Assembly: GCA_040757625.1 (NCBI GenBank)
Contig: JBFLWU010000015.1
Coordinates: 7,684 to 71,683 of the forward strand
Reading direction: 5' to 3'
Length of the DNA stretch: 64,000 nucleotides
From: Thermodesulfobacteriota bacterium
Lineage (GTDB): Bacteria; Desulfobacterota; Desulfobacteria; Desulfobacterales; JARGFK01
Position 1 is the stretch's first letter. Every line of letters starts with the position of its first letter. Under the pieces are notes generated by a model, which searched no databases, was not told the origin of the DNA, and worked only from the letters and a program-made list of their open reading frames with translations. Positions 62,664 to 64,000 of this stretch are shown here, one piece after another. A program made the position numbers and the translations under genes.

Positions 62664-63908
62664 ATGAATTTCAAGCTTACAGATTTACAGAGGCGGATGC
62701 TGGACGGAGAAATGGGTGAACCGGTCCGGCAGGGGATGGAGCTGACGGTGCAGCTGGCCAAGTTCTGGGAGGCCCCCAGTCTGATCCCGGTTCAGAGCGT
62801 CCACATGCCGGGGGCATCCGCCAAGACCGCCCGGCGCGCCGGAAGAAAATACATCAGTTGGGCTGCGGATGCGGGCGGGCGATTTGTGACGACGACCACG
62901 CTGAATCCGGGAGCTGCGGATTTGACGGGTTTCGAAATCGGGATAACCCCGGAAACCATGGCCCAACAAATGGAAATAACCGAATCCTATAAACGCATGG
63001 GGGCCATTGCCTGCCATACCTGCACCCCTTATCTCGTCGGGAATGTACCCAAAATCGGCGAGCATGTGTGTTGGGGCGAATCGTCGGCGGTGGTGTACTG
63101 CAATTCAGTGCTGGGGGCAAGGACCAACCGCGAGGGCGGGCCGGCGGCCCTGGCAACGGCCCTGACGGGCTTCACCGCCGGTTACGGCCTGCATCTGAAG
63201 GAAAAACGCCTGGCGACCATTCACGCCGCCGTCGACTACCCTCTGGCCGACGGCTGTGATTTCGGCTGCGCCGGTTACTACCTGGCCAAAAATTATCCGG
63301 ATGCGCTTCCGGTTTATACCGGATTGCCGGAGCGCTGCCCGACATTCGGTTTAAAAGCGATCGCTGCCGCTACAGCGACCTCCGGATCAGTGTCCATGTT
63401 CCATGCGGTAGGAATTACACCGGAGGCTCCCACGCTGGAGGCGGCTTCGGGCGGCAAGAAGCTTGAAACCATTAAAATCGGGAAAAAAGAGATTGAAGAA
63501 ACCAGGCAATATTTGAACCGCACCAATGATTCCAAAGAGGTCGACTGCGTCTTCATCGGCTGTCCGCATTTGGACTATGAAGAGATCGAGCGGCTGGGAA
63601 AACTGTTGAAAGGGCGCAAAGTTAAGGCGGATGTAAAACTATGGCTTTTTGCGGCCAATAGCGTCTGGAACAGCTGCGAACGCTCCGGACTGACGCAGGT
63701 TTTAAAGGATTCCGGCGCTGTTCTGGTTTCGGACACATGCCCCAATATTACCATATTCAAGGAAGTGATTGCTTCCAGAAATTTACGGTCCGGTGCGGTG
63801 GATTCGGCAAAGCTTGCCCACTATCTGCCCTCATGGGGACTGAAGATGCATTACGGAACAACGGCCGACTGCATAGATGCGGCTGTGACAGGGAAATGGA
63901 GGGTTTAA
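62664..63908 (+). CDS. aconitase X (AcnX, DUF521) catalytic large subunit
   Basis: ATG 62664 (GAGGTG RBS). LTDLQRRMLDGEMGEPVRQGME... N-terminus and ~415 aa length. A DUF126-like gene follows. Confidence 0.8.
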   Translation: MNFKLTDLQRRMLDGEMGEPVRQGMELTVQLAKFWEAPSLIPVQSVHMPGASAKTARRAGRKYISWAADAGGRFVTTTTLNPGAADLTGFEIGITPETMAQQMEITESYKRMGAIACHTCTPYLVGNVPKIGEHVCWGESSAVVYCNSVLGARTNREGGPAALATALTGFTAGYGLHLKEKRLATIHAAVDYPLADGCDFGCAGYYLAKNYPDALPVYTGLPERCPTFGLKAIAAATATSGSVSMFHAVGITPEAPTLEAASGGKKLETIKIGKKEIEETRQYLNRTNDSKEVDCVFIGCPHLDYEEIERLGKLLKGRKVKADVKLWLFAANSVWNSCERSGLTQVLKDSGAVLVSDTCPNITIFKEVIASRNLRSGAVDSAKLAHYLPSWGLKMHYGTTADCIDAAVTGKWRV

Positions 63909-63911
63909 TCA

Positions 63912-64000
63912 ATGGGATCGGTTATAGAAATCAAAGGTTCGGGCGTCGGCAAAGGGATTGTCAAGGGTGAAGCGCTGGTTACGAAAGAGCCGATCAGTTT
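63912..64000 (+). CDS. aconitase X swivel-domain small subunit (DUF126), 5' fragment truncated by the window end
   Basis: MGSVIEIKGSGVGKGIVKGEALVTKEPISF is a typical DUF126 N-terminus. It starts 3 nt after the AcnX stop. Confidence 0.65.
   Translation, partial: MGSVIEIKGSGVGKGIVKGEALVTKEPIS

Noticed and set aside
1-64000. Search for CRISPR arrays, tRNA/rRNA genes, transposases, integrases, toxin-antitoxin pairs, or defence or phage genes.
   Set aside because: No regularly spaced direct repeats were seen. No recombinase- or transposase-like ORFs and no RNA gene signatures were seen. Apart from the small repeat elements described above, the island shows no mobility genes within this window.

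Overview
This window is a gene-dense catabolic island with 55 CDS called and no transposase, integrase, CRISPR, tRNA or rRNA. Several genes suggest an anaerobic host: a tungsten-type aldehyde:ferredoxin oxidoreductase with a poly-ferredoxin partner, YqeC/XdhC maturation factors, and many prFMN enzymes. The main theme is non-oxidative (de)carboxylation of imported organic acids. There are eight UbiD-family paralogs in three size classes, one UbiX flavin prenyltransferase and an archaeal-type CTP-dependent riboflavin kinase. There are also two 4,5-dihydroxyphthalate-decarboxylase-like proteins, three class II aldolase/adducin-fold proteins, two pairs of gentisate-dioxygenase-like monocupins, three ThDP enzymes, an MmgE/PrpD protein and an AcnX-type dehydratase. 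These are interleaved with three tripartite tricarboxylate transporters (four TctC binding proteins, one TctA-TctB fusion). One sub-cluster (UbiD, two family III CoA-transferases, SucCD, UbiX) follows the logic of anaerobic phthalate degradation via an aryl-CoA thioester. The other seven UbiD modules have no obvious characterised counterpart. Three non-coding signals stand out. (1) A conserved element with predicted secondary structure (about 270 to 320 nt) occurs three times on the + strand; compensatory changes preserve its closing stem, and in one copy an ornithine-cyclodeaminase-like gene sits between the core and the tail. (2) A 17-bp pseudo-palindrome (TAGYTAY-N3-NTAGCTR) overlaps six promoter-like sites, but no DNA-binding regulator is encoded in the window. 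(3) A nearly identical 22-nt promoter-proximal motif is shared by two further operons. All functional calls come from reading motifs and synteny by eye; no database search was run.
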